From Waterburya sp. (lineage in GTDB: Bacteria > Cyanobacteriota > Cyanobacteriia > Cyanobacteriales > Xenococcaceae), in NCBI GenBank assembly GCA_965217895.1, contig CBDCJV010000002.1, forward strand, positions 288,001 through 352,000: a stretch of 64,000 nucleotides of DNA, in the 5' to 3' direction. Made by a program: the position numbers and the translations under genes. Position 1 is the stretch's first letter. Each line of letters opens with the position of its first letter. A model generated the notes under the pieces. The model saw nothing but the letters and a program-made list of their open reading frames with translations, was not told the DNA's origin and did not search any database. Shown in pieces: positions 19,106 to 32,920 of the stretch.

Positions 19106-19537
19106 ATGTTTGATTTTGATGCAACTTTACCTTTAATGGCAGTGCAGTTTTTGCTTTTAACAGCACTGTTAAACGTAGTATTTTACAAGCCATTAATGAA
19201 GGTGCTGGATGAACGAGAAGAATATCTTCGTGGTGGCGATACTGGTTCTAAAGAAAAGTTAGCTAAAGCTGAAAGCATAGTCAAAGAATATGAGAAACAG
19301 ATAGCCGATGCGCGCCGAGAATCTCAAAATCTAGTACAAAAAGCCCAAGCTGAAGCGAAAGAAATTACTGCTAGCAAAATAGCAGCGGCACAGCAAGAAG
19401 TTCAGTCCCAAAGAGAAGCAGCAACTCAAGAAATAGAGCAACAAAAAGCGACAGCTTTTGAAACTCTAGAGCAGCAGGTAGATTCTTTGTCTCGTCAAAT
19501 CTTAGAAAAAATACTCGACCCAGAATTAATTAAATAA
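19106..19537 (+). CDS. F0F1 ATP synthase subunit b'
   Basis: [15 protein letters not shown] start, coiled-coil stalk, operon position. Confidence 0.95.
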   Translation: MFDFDATLPLMAVQFLLLTALLNVVFYKPLMKVLDEREEYLRGGDTGSKEKLAKAESIVKEYEKQIADARRESQNLVQKAQAEAKEITASKIAAAQQEVQSQREAATQEIEQQKATAFETLEQQVDSLSRQILEKILDPELIK

Positions 19538-19591
19538 AAATGATTAATAGCTGGCATAAATGAAAAAAATAACAAAACTCAAGATCTGGGT

Positions 19592-20131
19592 ATGATAGAG
19601 ACTTTATTATTTCTAGCAGAAGCGCACTCAGAGGTTGAAGGCGGTTTTGGTTTAAATTTAAACATTTTTGAAACAAACCTAATCAACCTCCTACTTTTAG
19701 TAGGAATACTAATTTATTTTGGTAAACCCTTACTAACCAAAATTTTGAGCGAAAGACGTTCAAAAATTGCCGAGCAAATCAAGGCAGTTGAGCAGAAACA
19801 AAAGCAAGCTGAAGTAACTTTAGCTCAAGAACAGAAGAAGCTAGAATCAGCTAAAGAAACAGCAGCTACAATTCGCTCCCAAGCCCAAGCTAATGCTCAA
19901 AAAGCCAGAGAAACTATCTTGGCTCAAGGAGAAAAAGAGGTCGAACGCCTCAAAGAAGCGGCAGGTAAAGATCTAAGCTCCGAACAGGAAAGAGCGATCG
20001 CTCAATTAAGAGAGCGTGTTGTCGCTTTAGCTCTAGAAAGTGCCAAATCCCGTGCGGGGGATGCGCTAAGAAATGAAGCCGAAGCACAACGCAAGCTAAT
20101 CGATAGCAGCATCGCTAAATTAGGAGGTTAA
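19592..20131 (+). CDS. atpF: F0F1 ATP synthase subunit b
   Basis: [16 protein letters not shown]; operon position. Confidence 0.95.
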   Translation: MIETLLFLAEAHSEVEGGFGLNLNIFETNLINLLLLVGILIYFGKPLLTKILSERRSKIAEQIKAVEQKQKQAEVTLAQEQKKLESAKETAATIRSQAQANAQKARETILAQGEKEVERLKEAAGKDLSSEQERAIAQLRERVVALALESAKSRAGDALRNEAEAQRKLIDSSIAKLGG

Positions 20132-20136
20132 TAATC

Positions 20137-20688
20137 ATGAGTGGAACTTTAATTAATAGCGAAGTTGGCGAACCCTATGCTCAGGCATTGATGTCTTTAG
20201 CACAGCAAAACGACTTAACCAACCAGTTTGGCGACACCTTTCGTTCTCTAAGTTCTCTTCTATCAGAGTCGAGAGAATTTAAAGACTTTGTTCTTAATCC
20301 AGTAGTAAAAGGAGAAGACAAAAAAGCAGTACTAAAGCAAGTATTGGGTAACGACGCAAATCCTTACTTGGTAAATTTTATGATGCTGCTGGTTGACAAA
20401 AGACGAATTGTCTTTCTAGAACCGATTGTGGAGCAATACCTCAGCTTATTACGTAAGTTAAATCAGACCGTTTTAGCCGAAGTTGCTTCTGCCACCGAAC
20501 TGAATGAAGAACAAAAGCAAAACGTAATTGGGAAAGTAAAGTCGCTCACTGAAGCTCATGATGTAGAGCTAAAAACTAGCGTTGACCCCGATTTAATTGG
20601 GGGAGTCATCATTAAAGTTGGCTCAAAAGTAATTGATGCCAGCATTAGTGGTCAACTCCGTCGTATTAGCATCAGCTTAAATCAATAA
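20137..20688 (+). CDS. atpH: F0F1 ATP synthase subunit delta
   Basis: [28 protein letters not shown]. Confidence 0.95.
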   Translation: MSGTLINSEVGEPYAQALMSLAQQNDLTNQFGDTFRSLSSLLSESREFKDFVLNPVVKGEDKKAVLKQVLGNDANPYLVNFMMLLVDKRRIVFLEPIVEQYLSLLRKLNQTVLAEVASATELNEEQKQNVIGKVKSLTEAHDVELKTSVDPDLIGGVIIKVGSKVIDASISGQLRRISISLNQ

Positions 20689-20752
20689 ACCACAAACTAG
20701 GCGCAGGATCTTAGAGTGATTGCGTCTTTAGACTGAGATAAACTAAAACTAA

Positions 20753-22288
<1,536 letters not shown>

Positions 22289-22334
22289 TTAGCGATCTGG
22301 GACAGGGAATCAGCGATAGGGGGTTGTAGCAAAG

Positions 22335-22502
22335 GTAAGAGTAAGTAACAAATAATATTTACCTATTACCTATTACAAAAAGTTGGTAGTTCGTAGTGAG
22401 TAGTAAGTAGTTTGAAAAGACTACAAACGACAAACTAACAACTACTAACTAGTTATTACCTATTACTTTTTCCTCATCCCTCATCCTCCATCCTTCATCC
22501 TT
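22335..22502. repeat. STRR-type 7-nt tandem repeats in the atpA-gamma spacer
   Basis: TACCTAT, CAAAC(G/T)A and TCATCC(C/T) heptamer runs; similar runs at about 28174, 35205, 42256 and 61765. Confidence 0.7.
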
Positions 22503-22509
22503 TAAAATC

Positions 22510-23451
22510 ATGGCTAATTTAAAAGCGATTCGCGATCGCATCGCGTCGGTAAAAAATACGAAAAAAATCACAGAGGCAATGCGTCTGGTTGCTGCTGCTA
22601 AGGTTCGTCGCGCCCAGGAACAGGTAAACTCTACTCGTCCTTTCGCCGATAGTTTGGCACAGGTTCTTTACAATATTCAGAATAAACTTCAGTTTGAAGA
22701 TGTCGATCTACCTCTCTTGGAGCAAAGAGAAATCAAAAAAGTTGCTCTTTTGGTAGTCAGTGGCGATCGCGGTTTGTGCGGTGGCTATAACACAAACGTA
22801 ATTCGTAGAGCCGAGATCAGAGCTAAAGAACTTGAAGCACAGGGCGTTGAATATACCTATGTTTTGATTGGACGCAAAGCCAAGCAACATTTTCAAAGAC
22901 GTAATGCTCCGACTGAAAAAACCTTTATTGGTTTAGAGCAGATTCCTACCGCTCCTGAAGCAGCAGAAATTGGAGATGAATTGCTGTCTCTTTTCTTAGC
23001 TGAAGAAGTAGACAAAGTAGAGCTTATTTATACCAAGTTTGTATCTCTAATTGCTTCTAAGCCTGTGATTCAAACTTTACTCCCTTTGACAACTAAAGGA
23101 TTAGCAGTAAAAGATGATGAAGTTTTCCGTTTAACAACCAAAGGTGGAGCATTTGGCGTAGAAAGAGAAAGCGTAACTTCAAAAGTTGATGAATATCCTC
23201 AAGATACAATTTTTGAGCAAGATCCAGTGCAAATATTGGATGCTTTGCTTCCTTTGTATCTCAATAACCAAATTTTGCGTTCTTTACAAGAAGCAGCAGC
23301 TAGCGAACTTGCAGCCAGAATGACTGCCATGAACAACGCTAGCGAAAATGCCAGCGAATTAATGGATAATTTAACCTTGTCCTACAACAAAGCAAGACAG
23401 GCAGCAATTACCCAAGAACTTTCTGAAGTGGTTGCAGGTGCAAATGCTTAG
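22510..23451 (+). CDS. atpG: F0F1 ATP synthase subunit gamma (cyanobacterial name atpC)
   Basis: [35 protein letters not shown]. Confidence 0.97.
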   Translation: MANLKAIRDRIASVKNTKKITEAMRLVAAAKVRRAQEQVNSTRPFADSLAQVLYNIQNKLQFEDVDLPLLEQREIKKVALLVVSGDRGLCGGYNTNVIRRAEIRAKELEAQGVEYTYVLIGRKAKQHFQRRNAPTEKTFIGLEQIPTAPEAAEIGDELLSLFLAEEVDKVELIYTKFVSLIASKPVIQTLLPLTTKGLAVKDDEVFRLTTKGGAFGVERESVTSKVDEYPQDTIFEQDPVQILDALLPLYLNNQILRSLQEAAASELAARMTAMNNASENASELMDNLTLSYNKARQAAITQELSEVVAGANA

Positions 23452-23510
23452 TAATTCTCTAGCTATTAGCTCTTAGCTTAATTGTGATTCGTCTTTTATT
23501 ATATTTATTC

Positions 23511-23538
23511 AACGTCTAGGTTAACCTGGGCGTTTTTT
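23511..23538 (+). terminator. Intrinsic terminator of the atp operon
   Basis: AACGTCTAGG-TTAA-CCTGGGCGTT followed by a T run. Confidence 0.7.
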
Positions 23539-23949
23539 AATTGTTTTTGGATAAAGGAAAATTTGCTAAAAAATGGAATATCTTTTACTTCTGAGTCTTA
23601 TCTAGATAGTGGGGATATCAAGGAAGCTTATCAGAGGCGATCGCCAGAGCCTGATGTAGATATTAAAGTCTTGAATTATTGCTACAAATTTCTTTCCAAA
23701 AGCGATCCAAATCACATACCAGCATAAAAACACAAGATATATCAGATATATAAACAAACAAATGAGAAAAAACAATGTATAGTAAACTTCAGCAATTCAG
23801 ACACTTTGCAAGACATTCTAAAATTAACAAAAGCTGGAAAGCTAATTTAATCGTCGGAGTTTCTTTTTACTTGTTTGCTGCCATTTGTATGACAAATTGG
23901 CACTTGAGCGAGATAGGGATAAGAAACGGAGGGGTTGAAGTTAAGCTAG

Positions 23950-24164
23950 GCGATCGCTTTGACCAAATAGATAGAAAACTAGAGAATCAAATCAATGAGA
24001 TCAAAATAGAGATAGTCAAAGTAGAATCTAAATTAGGTTAAGAGATAGCCAGAATTAAAGTTGATGTTAATTGGGTCAAATGGCTGTTTGGGGGACTACT
24101 CAGTGTAGTTTTAATTTTGTTGAGCATAATTACTTTACTATTTCCTGAATGTGCGATCGCCTAG
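23950..24164 (+). pseudogene. Degenerate partial copy of the downstream coiled-coil membrane-anchored gene
   Basis: Near-identical to 24240-24480 but with CAA>TAA at 24039-24041, one repeat unit only, and bounded by HIP1 sites. Confidence 0.75.
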
Positions 24165-24194
24165 ATTTAAAACCAAAACCGCTACAATATTTTT

Positions 24195-24515
24195 ATGGCT
24201 ATTGAAAAAGAGACAGAAATTGAGAGATTGATAGTTGCTCGCTTTGACCAAATAGATAGAAAAATAGAGAATCAAATCAATGAGATTAAAATAGAGATAG
24301 TCAAAGTAGAATCTAAATTGGGTCAAGAGATAAACAAAGTAGAATCTAAATTAGGTCAAGAGATAACTAAAGTAGAATCCAAACTAGGTCAAGAAATAGC
24401 AGGAATTAAAGTTGATGTCAATTGGATTAAATGGTTGTTTGGGGGATTACTCAGTGCAATTTTAATTTTGTTGAGCATTATCATTACTATTCTTTTTAAG
24501 CTAGTCAATCCTTAA
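24195..24515 (+). CDS. Small coiled-coil protein with 11-residue repeats and C-terminal TM anchor (DUF1640/CCDC90-like architecture)
   Basis: KVESKLGQEI(N/T/A) x3 followed by a hydrophobic C-terminal helix. Confidence 0.7.
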   Translation: MAIEKETEIERLIVARFDQIDRKIENQINEIKIEIVKVESKLGQEINKVESKLGQEITKVESKLGQEIAGIKVDVNWIKWLFGGLLSAILILLSIIITILFKLVNP

Positions 24516-24579
24516 TTTTGAGCATAATTGCTTTACTATTTCCTGAGTAGGCGATCGCCTGGTATGAGTGATCCGATCT

Positions 24580-25452
24580 CTAAACGCTACTTGGTGAAGA
24601 CCTCACTACAAGATATTGCAAATAGGATTCAAGGTCAGACAGTGCGGGAAAATCATGCTTTAACTGAGCAAAATCTGCTGTATAGCCTACTTTCTCAAAC
24701 CAGCGAAACATAATTGTCACTTCTTCGCCTGCTTGCTCCTCGAAGGCTTCAAATGGAATTTGTTGATACTCGACTTTTTTGCCTAAAACGTGGCTAAATG
24801 CTGTCGCAACCTCTGGCATAGTCATCTCGACGCTGGCAACTTCGATCGCACGATTGGCAAAATCTACGGGACGCTCGAACACCTCGGCAACCATCATGCC
24901 ATAATCTTCTTCGGACAGTTGCTGCAACTTAGTATCAGGGCTGAGGGGCTGGGGTAATGTGCCATTTTCAACCATTGGCAGCATCCCTTTATAGTTGTAA
25001 AAGAAAAACACTGGACGCAAGATAATGTGAGGCAAACCGAGTGAGCGGATATATTCTTCGACTTGAAACTTGCTATCGAAATGGGGAATCTCCGTGTTAC
25101 GTTCTGCACTTCCTACCGAACTGTAGACAAAATGCTCTATGCCAGCTTCTGAGGCTGCATCGGCAACCGCCTTGCCCTGACGGATTTCGACTTCCGCGCC
25201 ATCGCGAAAATCCTGCATCGAAAAGATGCCGTAAACGCCCTGCATAGCCCGATCTAGTGACGCGCGATCGTTGAAGTCGGCTTTAATAAGTTCTGCACCT
25301 AGTTCTTTGAGCGCGATCGCAGCAGGTTTACTTTCATTACGAACCATTGCTCGCACCTTGAATTTACCACGTTGTAAAAGATGACGGGCGATCGATCCAC
25401 CCTGGTTGCCAGTTGCACCAGTTACTAAAATTGTTCGATTTAAATTTTCCAT
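24580..25452 (-). CDS. NmrA/HSCARG family NAD(P)-binding protein
   Basis: ILVTGATGNQGG, HFVYSSV, IPHFDSK. Confidence 0.9.
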   Translation of the reverse strand: MENLNRTILVTGATGNQGGSIARHLLQRGKFKVRAMVRNESKPAAIALKELGAELIKADFNDRASLDRAMQGVYGIFSMQDFRDGAEVEIRQGKAVADAASEAGIEHFVYSSVGSAERNTEIPHFDSKFQVEEYIRSLGLPHIILRPVFFFYNYKGMLPMVENGTLPQPLSPDTKLQQLSEEDYGMMVAEVFERPVDFANRAIEVASVEMTMPEVATAFSHVLGKKVEYQQIPFEAFEEQAGEEVTIMFRWFEKVGYTADFAQLKHDFPALSDLESYLQYLVVRSSPSSV

Positions 25453-25734
25453 GATAATTTTTGCTAACTATTTACTTACAATGAATTTAAATCAAACAGA
25501 TAGAGCGTCGCTTCCGTATTCTTGCTTCAAGTTGCCAAATCTTGCACTGTGCGAGCGAAAGATATGTCTGCAAAGAGATAGTCAATTAAAGAGTCTTGAT
25601 TAAATTCTTGAGGCTGCTCTATCTGGGCAATTATTGGTTGTTGCGATCGCCCTTACTCATATTAGTTCTATTGACCACAAAATCTGTAAAATCTAGAGCA
25701 GTAAATTTAGTAGCGCGTTCTAAATACTGTTTAA

Positions 25735-26919
25735 CTAATTTACCATTTTACGTCTAAATTCAACGTCATCATATTTTAGGTCTTCTAAGTCAATCTCTTG
25801 GTTTCCAACTAAGTACTTTTCAAAAAAACAAGAGTGATAATTAGTAATAATTTCGCGAAATTCATATTTTTCTCTTTTTCCTATTTGATTAATTATATTT
25901 ACTTGTCTTGATATAAACAGTCCATCGGAATAACCTAAATGTTGCGTATCATCTAGAGTCACTATATATGCGTCTTTAGTGTTATATATGTAGGTCGTTC
26001 GGGAAATATTTTTGATTAAATGAGTCCCCATAAGCATGAAGGGTTTATTAATATCTTTATATAAAAAGTCTCCACAACTTCCTCCATCAATATTTATTCT
26101 GGCCACGAATCTATCACTATTTAGACAAGCTTGAGCAGCAGTTGCACCTCCATAGGAATGACCTGTTATTCCAATACCTAGATCGAGCTTTAACCTATTT
26201 TCAAAAATAGATTCTATTTCACCTTTATTTAAAGCGGATAACTGTTCGGCAACAAAGACAGAATCTTCTACCCATATTTTGACATTCTTATTCAAATCTT
26301 CAGCAATTTCTCTATAAATATAATCTGCTATTTTCATCGCTTTAATATCTGAATAATATTCTTTAGTAGACGCTTTCAACATTTTTACAAAATATTGAAA
26401 AGAAATGCCAGATTTTACACTTTGTTGAGCAGTTTTATTCATTATAATAACGCTGCCGTCCAAGTATTTTATCCCTAAAGACTCGTAGGGATGACCAACA
26501 GAAACAACTATGTATCCTAAACTAGCTAAATCGGAGCATAGTACCGTACTCTGCATCATATAACCACCATATCCGTGATTAAAAATAATAACTGGATAGT
26601 TATTTTTACTGCCTGAAATTGGTGTATTTTGATAACAATTAGTCTTGACTTTAGCGACACTTTTTGAGATGAGTCCGAATGTCATTTTACTCAAAGCCTC
26701 TAATAATTCTGGAGAGGAATAAGGTGCGCTATCTTTACCGCGATCGCTCTCTGCTGGATAAAAGATAGTTACAGGAATCTTTCTAAATGCGTTATCTTCT
26801 TCAAATTGAAACACCTTGGTTCGACTTTTATCAGTAAAATCCAACTGTGTGATTCCAACAACATATTTACCGACTGGTTTTGGTAGTTCTGTTAAATTTA
26901 CCCACAAATTCCCCAACAT
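25735..26919 (-). CDS. Alpha/beta hydrolase (PAF-acetylhydrolase-like)
   Basis: LPKPVGKYVVG, IFNHGYGG, LASLGYIVV, GHSYGG nucleophile elbow, NIDG. Confidence 0.85.
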   Translation of the reverse strand: MLGNLWVNLTELPKPVGKYVVGITQLDFTDKSRTKVFQFEEDNAFRKIPVTIFYPAESDRGKDSAPYSSPELLEALSKMTFGLISKSVAKVKTNCYQNTPISGSKNNYPVIIFNHGYGGYMMQSTVLCSDLASLGYIVVSVGHPYESLGIKYLDGSVIIMNKTAQQSVKSGISFQYFVKMLKASTKEYYSDIKAMKIADYIYREIAEDLNKNVKIWVEDSVFVAEQLSALNKGEIESIFENRLKLDLGIGITGHSYGGATAAQACLNSDRFVARINIDGGSCGDFLYKDINKPFMLMGTHLIKNISRTTYIYNTKDAYIVTLDDTQHLGYSDGLFISRQVNIINQIGKREKYEFREIITNYHSCFFEKYLVGNQEIDLEDLKYDDVEFRRKMVN

Positions 26920-27249
26920 AATGGTTTCCTCTTTTCTAATTACATTAAAAAGTATTCGTACCCAAAGTATGTCAAGTTAAATTTAGGACTGTTCATCACC
27001 AGCCTTAATTACTTCTGCTTCTATATCTCGATTATGAGCTTGAAGAATTTTCGCCACCTTAGCTAAAATAATAAGTCAGGCATTTCCTCCTTCTCAAAGC
27101 GTTGCAGAAATATAAAATATTGTAATCGGTGGATTGCAGAAAATGGATGTTCTAACTACTGCAAAGATCCAATCGAGCAACCATTAAAGTTTCCTATAAT
27201 AGAATATTAAGTCGCTTTCAAATAGGGTTTAGCTTAAAAAGATCCTAAA

Positions 27250-28086
27250 TTAATTGAGAAACTTAGGTCTAGCTTCGTTATTTTTCTGGAGTATCTGTTC
27301 TAAATCGCCCCAATTTTCGGACTCAATCAAAGTAGTAATCTGCTCTAAATTATCTCGGTAATTATAAAGCGATCGCAATAACTCAGTTCGATTGTATTTT
27401 GCCATCATTACCCCTAATTCTGGATTTCCAGCACCAACACGACTAGTATCTCGAAAGCCTGAACTAGCTAGAGTTTGTGACAATTCTAAAGTGTCTGGTG
27501 GTTCTTGTAGACAAGCCTGTATTAAACTTGCACTAATCATCACGGGTAAGTGAGAAATATAGCTAACGGCGCGATCGTGTACTTGAGCATCGCAAATATA
27601 GGGAACAGCATTTAAATCTAGGGCGATCGCTTTTAATTTGGCTATATTTTCACGCTTAGTCTGTTCCGTAGGCGTAAATACATAGGCTGCACCTGTGAAC
27701 AAATTTGCCTGTGCTGCCTCAATACCGCTTTCGGCTGTTCCTGCCATGGGGTGTCCACCAATAAAGTTTGACCACAGCTGGCTACAGGTTTCGACTACAG
27801 GATATTTGACAGAGCCTACGTCAGTAATGATAGTATCAGGATAAAGATGGGGGATTATTTGCTTAATGGTAGATGCGATCGCCGAAATGGGAGTACAGAC
27901 AATTACTAGCTCTAAATCTTGCAGCAAATCAAATTTGGTACTAGCTCGATCCACAACGCCTTTAGTGATGGCAGTCTTACAGGTAGTTTCTTGACGGGAA
28001 ATGCCTGTGATCTGGTGTCCTTGCGATCGCAAATCGATGCCTAAAGAACCACCGATTAAACCCAAGCCCACAATACCAATTTTCAT
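27250..28086 (-). CDS. tyrA: Prephenate/arogenate dehydrogenase
   Basis: GLGLIGGS, TDVGSVK, GGHPMAG, HDRAVSYISHLP, SGFRDTSR. Confidence 0.93.
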   Translation of the reverse strand: MKIGIVGLGLIGGSLGIDLRSQGHQITGISRQETTCKTAITKGVVDRASTKFDLLQDLELVIVCTPISAIASTIKQIIPHLYPDTIITDVGSVKYPVVETCSQLWSNFIGGHPMAGTAESGIEAAQANLFTGAAYVFTPTEQTKRENIAKLKAIALDLNAVPYICDAQVHDRAVSYISHLPVMISASLIQACLQEPPDTLELSQTLASSGFRDTSRVGAGNPELGVMMAKYNRTELLRSLYNYRDNLEQITTLIESENWGDLEQILQKNNEARPKFLN

Positions 28087-28193
28087 TATCAATTTTATTG
28101 CTCAAAGGAATAGGATACAAAACTGGGGATCGTTTTAGGATAGCAGCTAGAATTGGCTTTTGAAGAAAATTTATAGCCTGTAGCCTGTAGCCT

Positions 28194-28349
28194 GTAGGGT
28201 GGGCAAAGTAATGATACCAGCAAATTAGCGTTTCAAAAACAGCTTATTGCCCACCAAATTAGACCATCATCTATCTTGGTGCAGTTGCAGTGGTAGGCAT
28301 TACAATGTTAATCTTTTTGTTCTACATATCTTTCCAATGCCTACCCTAC
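28194..28349. repeat. Pair of GTAG-type REP-like inverted repeats
   Basis: GTAGGGTGGGCAA..TTGCCCACC (28194-28255) and GGTAGGCATT..AATGCCTACCCTAC (28292-28349). Confidence 0.7.
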
Positions 28350-28849
28350 GTTTTGCTGGAAGCGCGAGAGCGATCTGTTTAATCGATCGCACTATAGACA
28401 AACCTAATTTCTGATAGAAATAAATACTTAACAAAAGTTTTTGTTATCGAGACGTTATTAACCATCAATTCAATTGTCAGAACATATATCCTGCAATTGT
28501 TTGGTAGATTTTATATCTTGAGAAAAAGCTAGAAATATATCTAATAATTACTAAGACAAGTTAAAGATTGCTAGACAAAAATGGGGATCGTTTTAGGATC
28601 GTAACCAGAAACAAATAATAAGGAGTAGTTTTATTGTCAAGATACTTTAAGCAAAGTAAAGACATATCTATATAAAAATGTTTCCTTAACATAATCGTTA
28701 AAGCCTTAAGTTTTAGTGAAATAAAATCTATAAAGTTTTCTTTTCCCTTCAAAATATATAGCTACAAATTGTTGAAATTAGCATCTAATCATTGCTAATC
28801 TTAATTTTCTAGTTCTTATATTTACCATCAACATTATTTAGGAGAATCT

Positions 28850-30439
28850 ATGACCGCAACTGTCGATAGGCAAACACAGGATAGCAATCAGCCACAAGGT
28901 AAGCAAGCTCCTCGTAAAATTGGCATACCAAAAGAAATATATAACAATGAATGCCGTGTCGCAGCTACACCTAATACAGTTAAAAAGCTACAAAAACTAG
29001 GCTTTGAAATTTTAGTAGAAAGTAATGCAGGGGCAGCAGCTAATTTTACAGATCGAGCCTATCAAGAATCAGACTGTACCATTGTCAGTGATGCAGCCTC
29101 TCTTTGGTCAGAAGCGGATATTATCCTCAAGGTTCGCGCCCCTGAAGATTCCGAAATTGAGGTGATGCCTGAAGGTAAAACTATTATCAGCTTTATTTGG
29201 CCCGCACAAAATGAAGAATTATTAAACAAGCTAGCAAATCGCCAAGCAACAGTTTTGGCGATGGATGCAGTGCCTAGAATTAGTCGCGCCCAAAAGATGG
29301 ATGCTCTATCTTCGATGGCGAATATTGCTGGCTATCGGGCAGTTATTGAGGCTGCTAATAACTTTGGTCGTTTCTTTACAGGTCAAATTACTGCTGCGGG
29401 TAAAGTTCCTCCTGCAAAAGTGATGGTAATTGGTGCTGGAGTAGCAGGTCTAGCAGCCATCGGCGCAGCTAGAAGCCTTGGTGCAATTGTGCGGGCTTTT
29501 GATACTCGTCCTGCGGTGAAAGAACAGGTAGAAAGCCTGGGTGCAGAATTTTTGGAACTTGAGTTTGAAGAAGACGGTAGTGGTGCTGGTGGCTACGCCA
29601 AAACCATGAGTAAAGAGTTTATCGATGCCGAGATGGCTTTATTTAGAGAGCAGGCTAAAGAGATCGATATTATTATTACTACGGCTTTAATTCCAGGCAG
29701 ACCAGCACCTAAACTGATTCTTACTGATATGGTAGAGATGATGAAGGAGGGTTCTGTAGTTGTAGATTTGGCTGCCGAACAAGGCGGTAACTGCGAAGTT
29801 ACCAAACCCAACGAAATCTATAAATATAACGGCGTAACTATTATTGGTTTAACAGACTTACCTAGTCGTATGGCGGCACAGTCTAGTCAGCTATATGGGA
29901 CAAACCTTTGGCACTTACTTAAAGATATGGGTGGGGCAGAAGACTATAAAGTTGACTACGAAGATCAGGTTGTACGGGGTGCATTAATCGTCCACGAAGG
30001 CAAAGTAACTTGGCCCCCTCCAAAAATCGACAACCCTTCGCCTACGCCTCCTGCCAAGGCAAAATCTGTAATTACCCCCGTTGCTCCAAAAGAGAAAAAA
30101 TCTAGCGGGCTTTTATGGGTAATCATCGCTGGTTTAGCTTTACTGGGAATCGGTATTGGTGCGCCTACCTCTTTCTTATCTCACTTTACCGTTTTTGTCT
30201 TAGCTTGCTTTATCGGCTATCAGGTAATTTGGAATGTTTCTCCTGCTTTACATACACCTTTGATGAGTGTAACTAACGCCATTAGCGGAATTATCATTCT
30301 TGGCGGTATGTTACAGATTTCGGGTGAAATAACTTCACCTTCGGTAATTCTAGGCGCGATCGCAATTCTAGTAGGAACAATCAACATCTCTGGTGGCTTC
30401 CTCGTTACTCAACGGATGCTCAAAATGTTCCAGAAATAA
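28850..30439 (+). CDS. pntA: NAD(P) transhydrogenase subunit alpha
   Basis: [41 protein letters not shown]. Confidence 0.97.
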   Translation: MTATVDRQTQDSNQPQGKQAPRKIGIPKEIYNNECRVAATPNTVKKLQKLGFEILVESNAGAAANFTDRAYQESDCTIVSDAASLWSEADIILKVRAPEDSEIEVMPEGKTIISFIWPAQNEELLNKLANRQATVLAMDAVPRISRAQKMDALSSMANIAGYRAVIEAANNFGRFFTGQITAAGKVPPAKVMVIGAGVAGLAAIGAARSLGAIVRAFDTRPAVKEQVESLGAEFLELEFEEDGSGAGGYAKTMSKEFIDAEMALFREQAKEIDIIITTALIPGRPAPKLILTDMVEMMKEGSVVVDLAAEQGGNCEVTKPNEIYKYNGVTIIGLTDLPSRMAAQSSQLYGTNLWHLLKDMGGAEDYKVDYEDQVVRGALIVHEGKVTWPPPKIDNPSPTPPAKAKSVITPVAPKEKKSSGLLWVIIAGLALLGIGIGAPTSFLSHFTVFVLACFIGYQVIWNVSPALHTPLMSVTNAISGIIILGGMLQISGEITSPSVILGAIAILVGTINISGGFLVTQRMLKMFQK

Positions 30440-30462
30440 CCGATACATATTATATACACCCT

Positions 30463-30490
30463 GTAAGGGCGTTTCGCGAAACGCCCCTAC
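30463..30490. repeat. REP-like palindrome
   Basis: GTAAGGGCGTTTCGCGAAACGCCCCTAC. Confidence 0.7.
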
Positions 30491-30514
30491 AATTCATCTT
30501 CACAAAATAAATTC

Positions 30515-31930
30515 ATGACAAATAATCTTGTGGCGGTTGCCTATATTGCAGCCAGTGCCTTATTTATCCTCAGCCTGGGAGGATTATCCAACCAGGAAAC
30601 AGCCCGTCGGGGTAACCTGTTCGGAATTATTGGTATGGCGATCGCTTTTGTCGCTACTGCCCTTAGCGCGCAGGTAAACGGTTACGGAGTTTTGGTTGGT
30701 GCGATCGTTCCTGGGGCTATTATTGGCTCAGTTCTCGCTGCTAGAGTAGCTATGACTTCTATGCCCGAACTTGTAGCTATTCTCCATAGTTTTGTTGGTT
30801 TAGCTGCGGTATTGGTTGGTTTAGCTACTTATCTTCAGCCTGAAAACACTCTAGTTGGTGTAGAAGCTACTATTCACGAACTAGAAATCTATATCGGTAT
30901 CTTTATTGGTGCTGTTACCTTTGCTGGTTCAGTTGTGGCTTTTGGTAAGCTAAACGGTTCTTTTGGTAGCAAGCCTCTTATGTTACCCGCCCGTCACTTA
31001 ATTAACATTGCTTTATTGGTTGGTTCTGTTGTTCTCGGCGTACAGTTTATGCAAACCGCCGATGGCTTACAGCCACTATTAATCATGACTGGATTAGCCT
31101 GTGTACTGGGCTTCCTTCTCGTCATGGGTATCGGTGGTGCAGATATGCCCGTGGTAATCTCCATGCTCAACAGCTATTCAGGCTGGGCTGCTGCTGCTGC
31201 TGGCTTTATGCTTTCCAACGACGTACTGATCGTAACTGGCGCATTAGTAGGTAGTAGTGGGGCAATTCTGAGCTACATTATGTGTGAAGCCATGAATCGT
31301 TCCTTTATCAGCGTTATTCTTGGCGGTTTTGGGGAAGGTTCTGCGGCAGCACCTACAGGTGAAGCTAAACCCATGGGTGAGGCTACTGTTACTAATGTGG
31401 AAGAAGTAGCAGAAATGCTTAACGATGCGAAAAGTGTGGTTATTGTACCTGGTTATGGTATGGCGGTTGCTCAAGCACAACATTCTGTTTCCGACATTAC
31501 TAAAATCCTGCGTAAGCAGGGCAAAGAAGTCCGTTTTGGTATCCACCCCGTAGCAGGAAGAATGCCTGGACACATGAATGTACTCTTAGCAGAAGCTAAT
31601 GTACCCTATGACATCGTATTAGAGATGGACGAGATTAACGATGATTTATCCGATACTGATGTTGTCTTGGTAATTGGCGCAAACGACACCGTTAACCCCA
31701 GCGCATTAGACGATCCTACCAGCCCCATTGCAGGTATGCCAGTAATGGAAGTATGGAAAGCTCAAAACGTAATAGTTATGAAGCGTAGTCTCGGTATTGG
31801 TTATGCAGGAGTAGATAATCCTTTGTTCTACATGGATAATAATCAAATGTTATTCGGTGACGCGAAGGCTAATGTTAGCGCGTTGTTAAATGAGTTATCT
31901 AAGACTGAGAAAGAATTGGTTGCTGCTTAA
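30515..31930 (+). CDS. pntB: NAD(P) transhydrogenase subunit beta
   Basis: [43 protein letters not shown]. Confidence 0.97.
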   Translation: MTNNLVAVAYIAASALFILSLGGLSNQETARRGNLFGIIGMAIAFVATALSAQVNGYGVLVGAIVPGAIIGSVLAARVAMTSMPELVAILHSFVGLAAVLVGLATYLQPENTLVGVEATIHELEIYIGIFIGAVTFAGSVVAFGKLNGSFGSKPLMLPARHLINIALLVGSVVLGVQFMQTADGLQPLLIMTGLACVLGFLLVMGIGGADMPVVISMLNSYSGWAAAAAGFMLSNDVLIVTGALVGSSGAILSYIMCEAMNRSFISVILGGFGEGSAAAPTGEAKPMGEATVTNVEEVAEMLNDAKSVVIVPGYGMAVAQAQHSVSDITKILRKQGKEVRFGIHPVAGRMPGHMNVLLAEANVPYDIVLEMDEINDDLSDTDVVLVIGANDTVNPSALDDPTSPIAGMPVMEVWKAQNVIVMKRSLGIGYAGVDNPLFYMDNNQMLFGDAKANVSALLNELSKTEKELVAA

Positions 31931-32131
31931 TTTGGTTTAAGTTATTTTTGATTCCTCCTAGTTTTTAGGGGGATTTTTTTGGTCTCGCGCAAAGTCGCAA
32001 AGACGCTAAGGGATTATTTGTTTGGTGTTGGTAGTTGGAGGAGAAGGAAAAAAAGGATTGTTCTGTGTTTGATATGGTTTTACTAGAAAAGGGAATTCTT
32101 TTTGTATAGATAATTCTCTTTGGATTTTTTT

Positions 32132-32818
32132 ATGGCTGTTAAAGACAAAAATTACAAACTTGAAATTTTGGAGTACGCTATTAATCAATCTATTGATCGC
32201 CTTCTACCTCAAAATAATGAAGATGCTTTGAATGTCATTGTACATAAAAGTAATGAAGTTGTCTGGAGAGTTGCGACAGACATATATTCTAAAAGTGGGC
32301 ATCAAATAGATTTTTTGTTTATTAGAGACGTTTTAAATTTACGAATTGAACCATTACGAAATAAGATTGCGGAAAAAGAAAGAATTAGGAAAGAGAAAGA
32401 AGCTGAAGAAGCAAGAATTAGAGCTAGGTTAGAAGCTCAAAGGTTAGCTAAAGAAGCTGAAAATAAAATAATTAGGAAACAACAACAGGAAGCAAGACAA
32501 AGAAAACTTCAAGAATTGTGTGAAACGTATTCAAATGTCTCTATCGAAATCTTTTCAAAAATTGAATCAATAATTGTTGACCAGCTAGAGATAGACGCTG
32601 GAAGAGTAACACTTGATGCCAATTTAACTTTAGATTTAGGTGCAGACGATCTGGATATTACAGAACTCATGATGGCATTAGAAGAAGAATTTGATATAGA
32701 AATACCAGATGATTTTACAGGGGTTTATTTATCTTTTGCTGGTTCTTGCGTTCCTCCAAAATTGAAGCCTATTAGTGTTGGGAAAATTGTAGATTTAGTA
32801 TTTGAAAAAATACAGTAA
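32132..32818 (+). CDS. Coiled-coil protein with C-terminal acyl-carrier-protein-like domain
   Basis: [47 protein letters not shown] matches AcpP except for Asp at the DSL serine. Confidence 0.75.
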   Translation: MAVKDKNYKLEILEYAINQSIDRLLPQNNEDALNVIVHKSNEVVWRVATDIYSKSGHQIDFLFIRDVLNLRIEPLRNKIAEKERIRKEKEAEEARIRARLEAQRLAKEAENKIIRKQQQEARQRKLQELCETYSNVSIEIFSKIESIIVDQLEIDAGRVTLDANLTLDLGADDLDITELMMALEEEFDIEIPDDFTGVYLSFAGSCVPPKLKPISVGKIVDLVFEKIQ

Positions 32819-32920
32819 AAATCATTTTTAGTAAATTTCACGCAAAGACGCAGAGACGCAAAAGATTTATTTGTTTTGTGTTGGGAATTATAGGAGGAGC
32901 AAGCAAAGGGGTTATCTGCT

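Noticed and set aside
23775..23949. N-terminal part of the 88-aa ORF
   Set aside because: Unrelated sequence joined at a HIP1 site to the duplicated fragment; no support as a real protein
24296..24400. 33-nt repeats here and at 55625-55750 as possible CRISPR arrays
   Set aside because: Head-to-tail coding repeats without unique spacers; no cas genes
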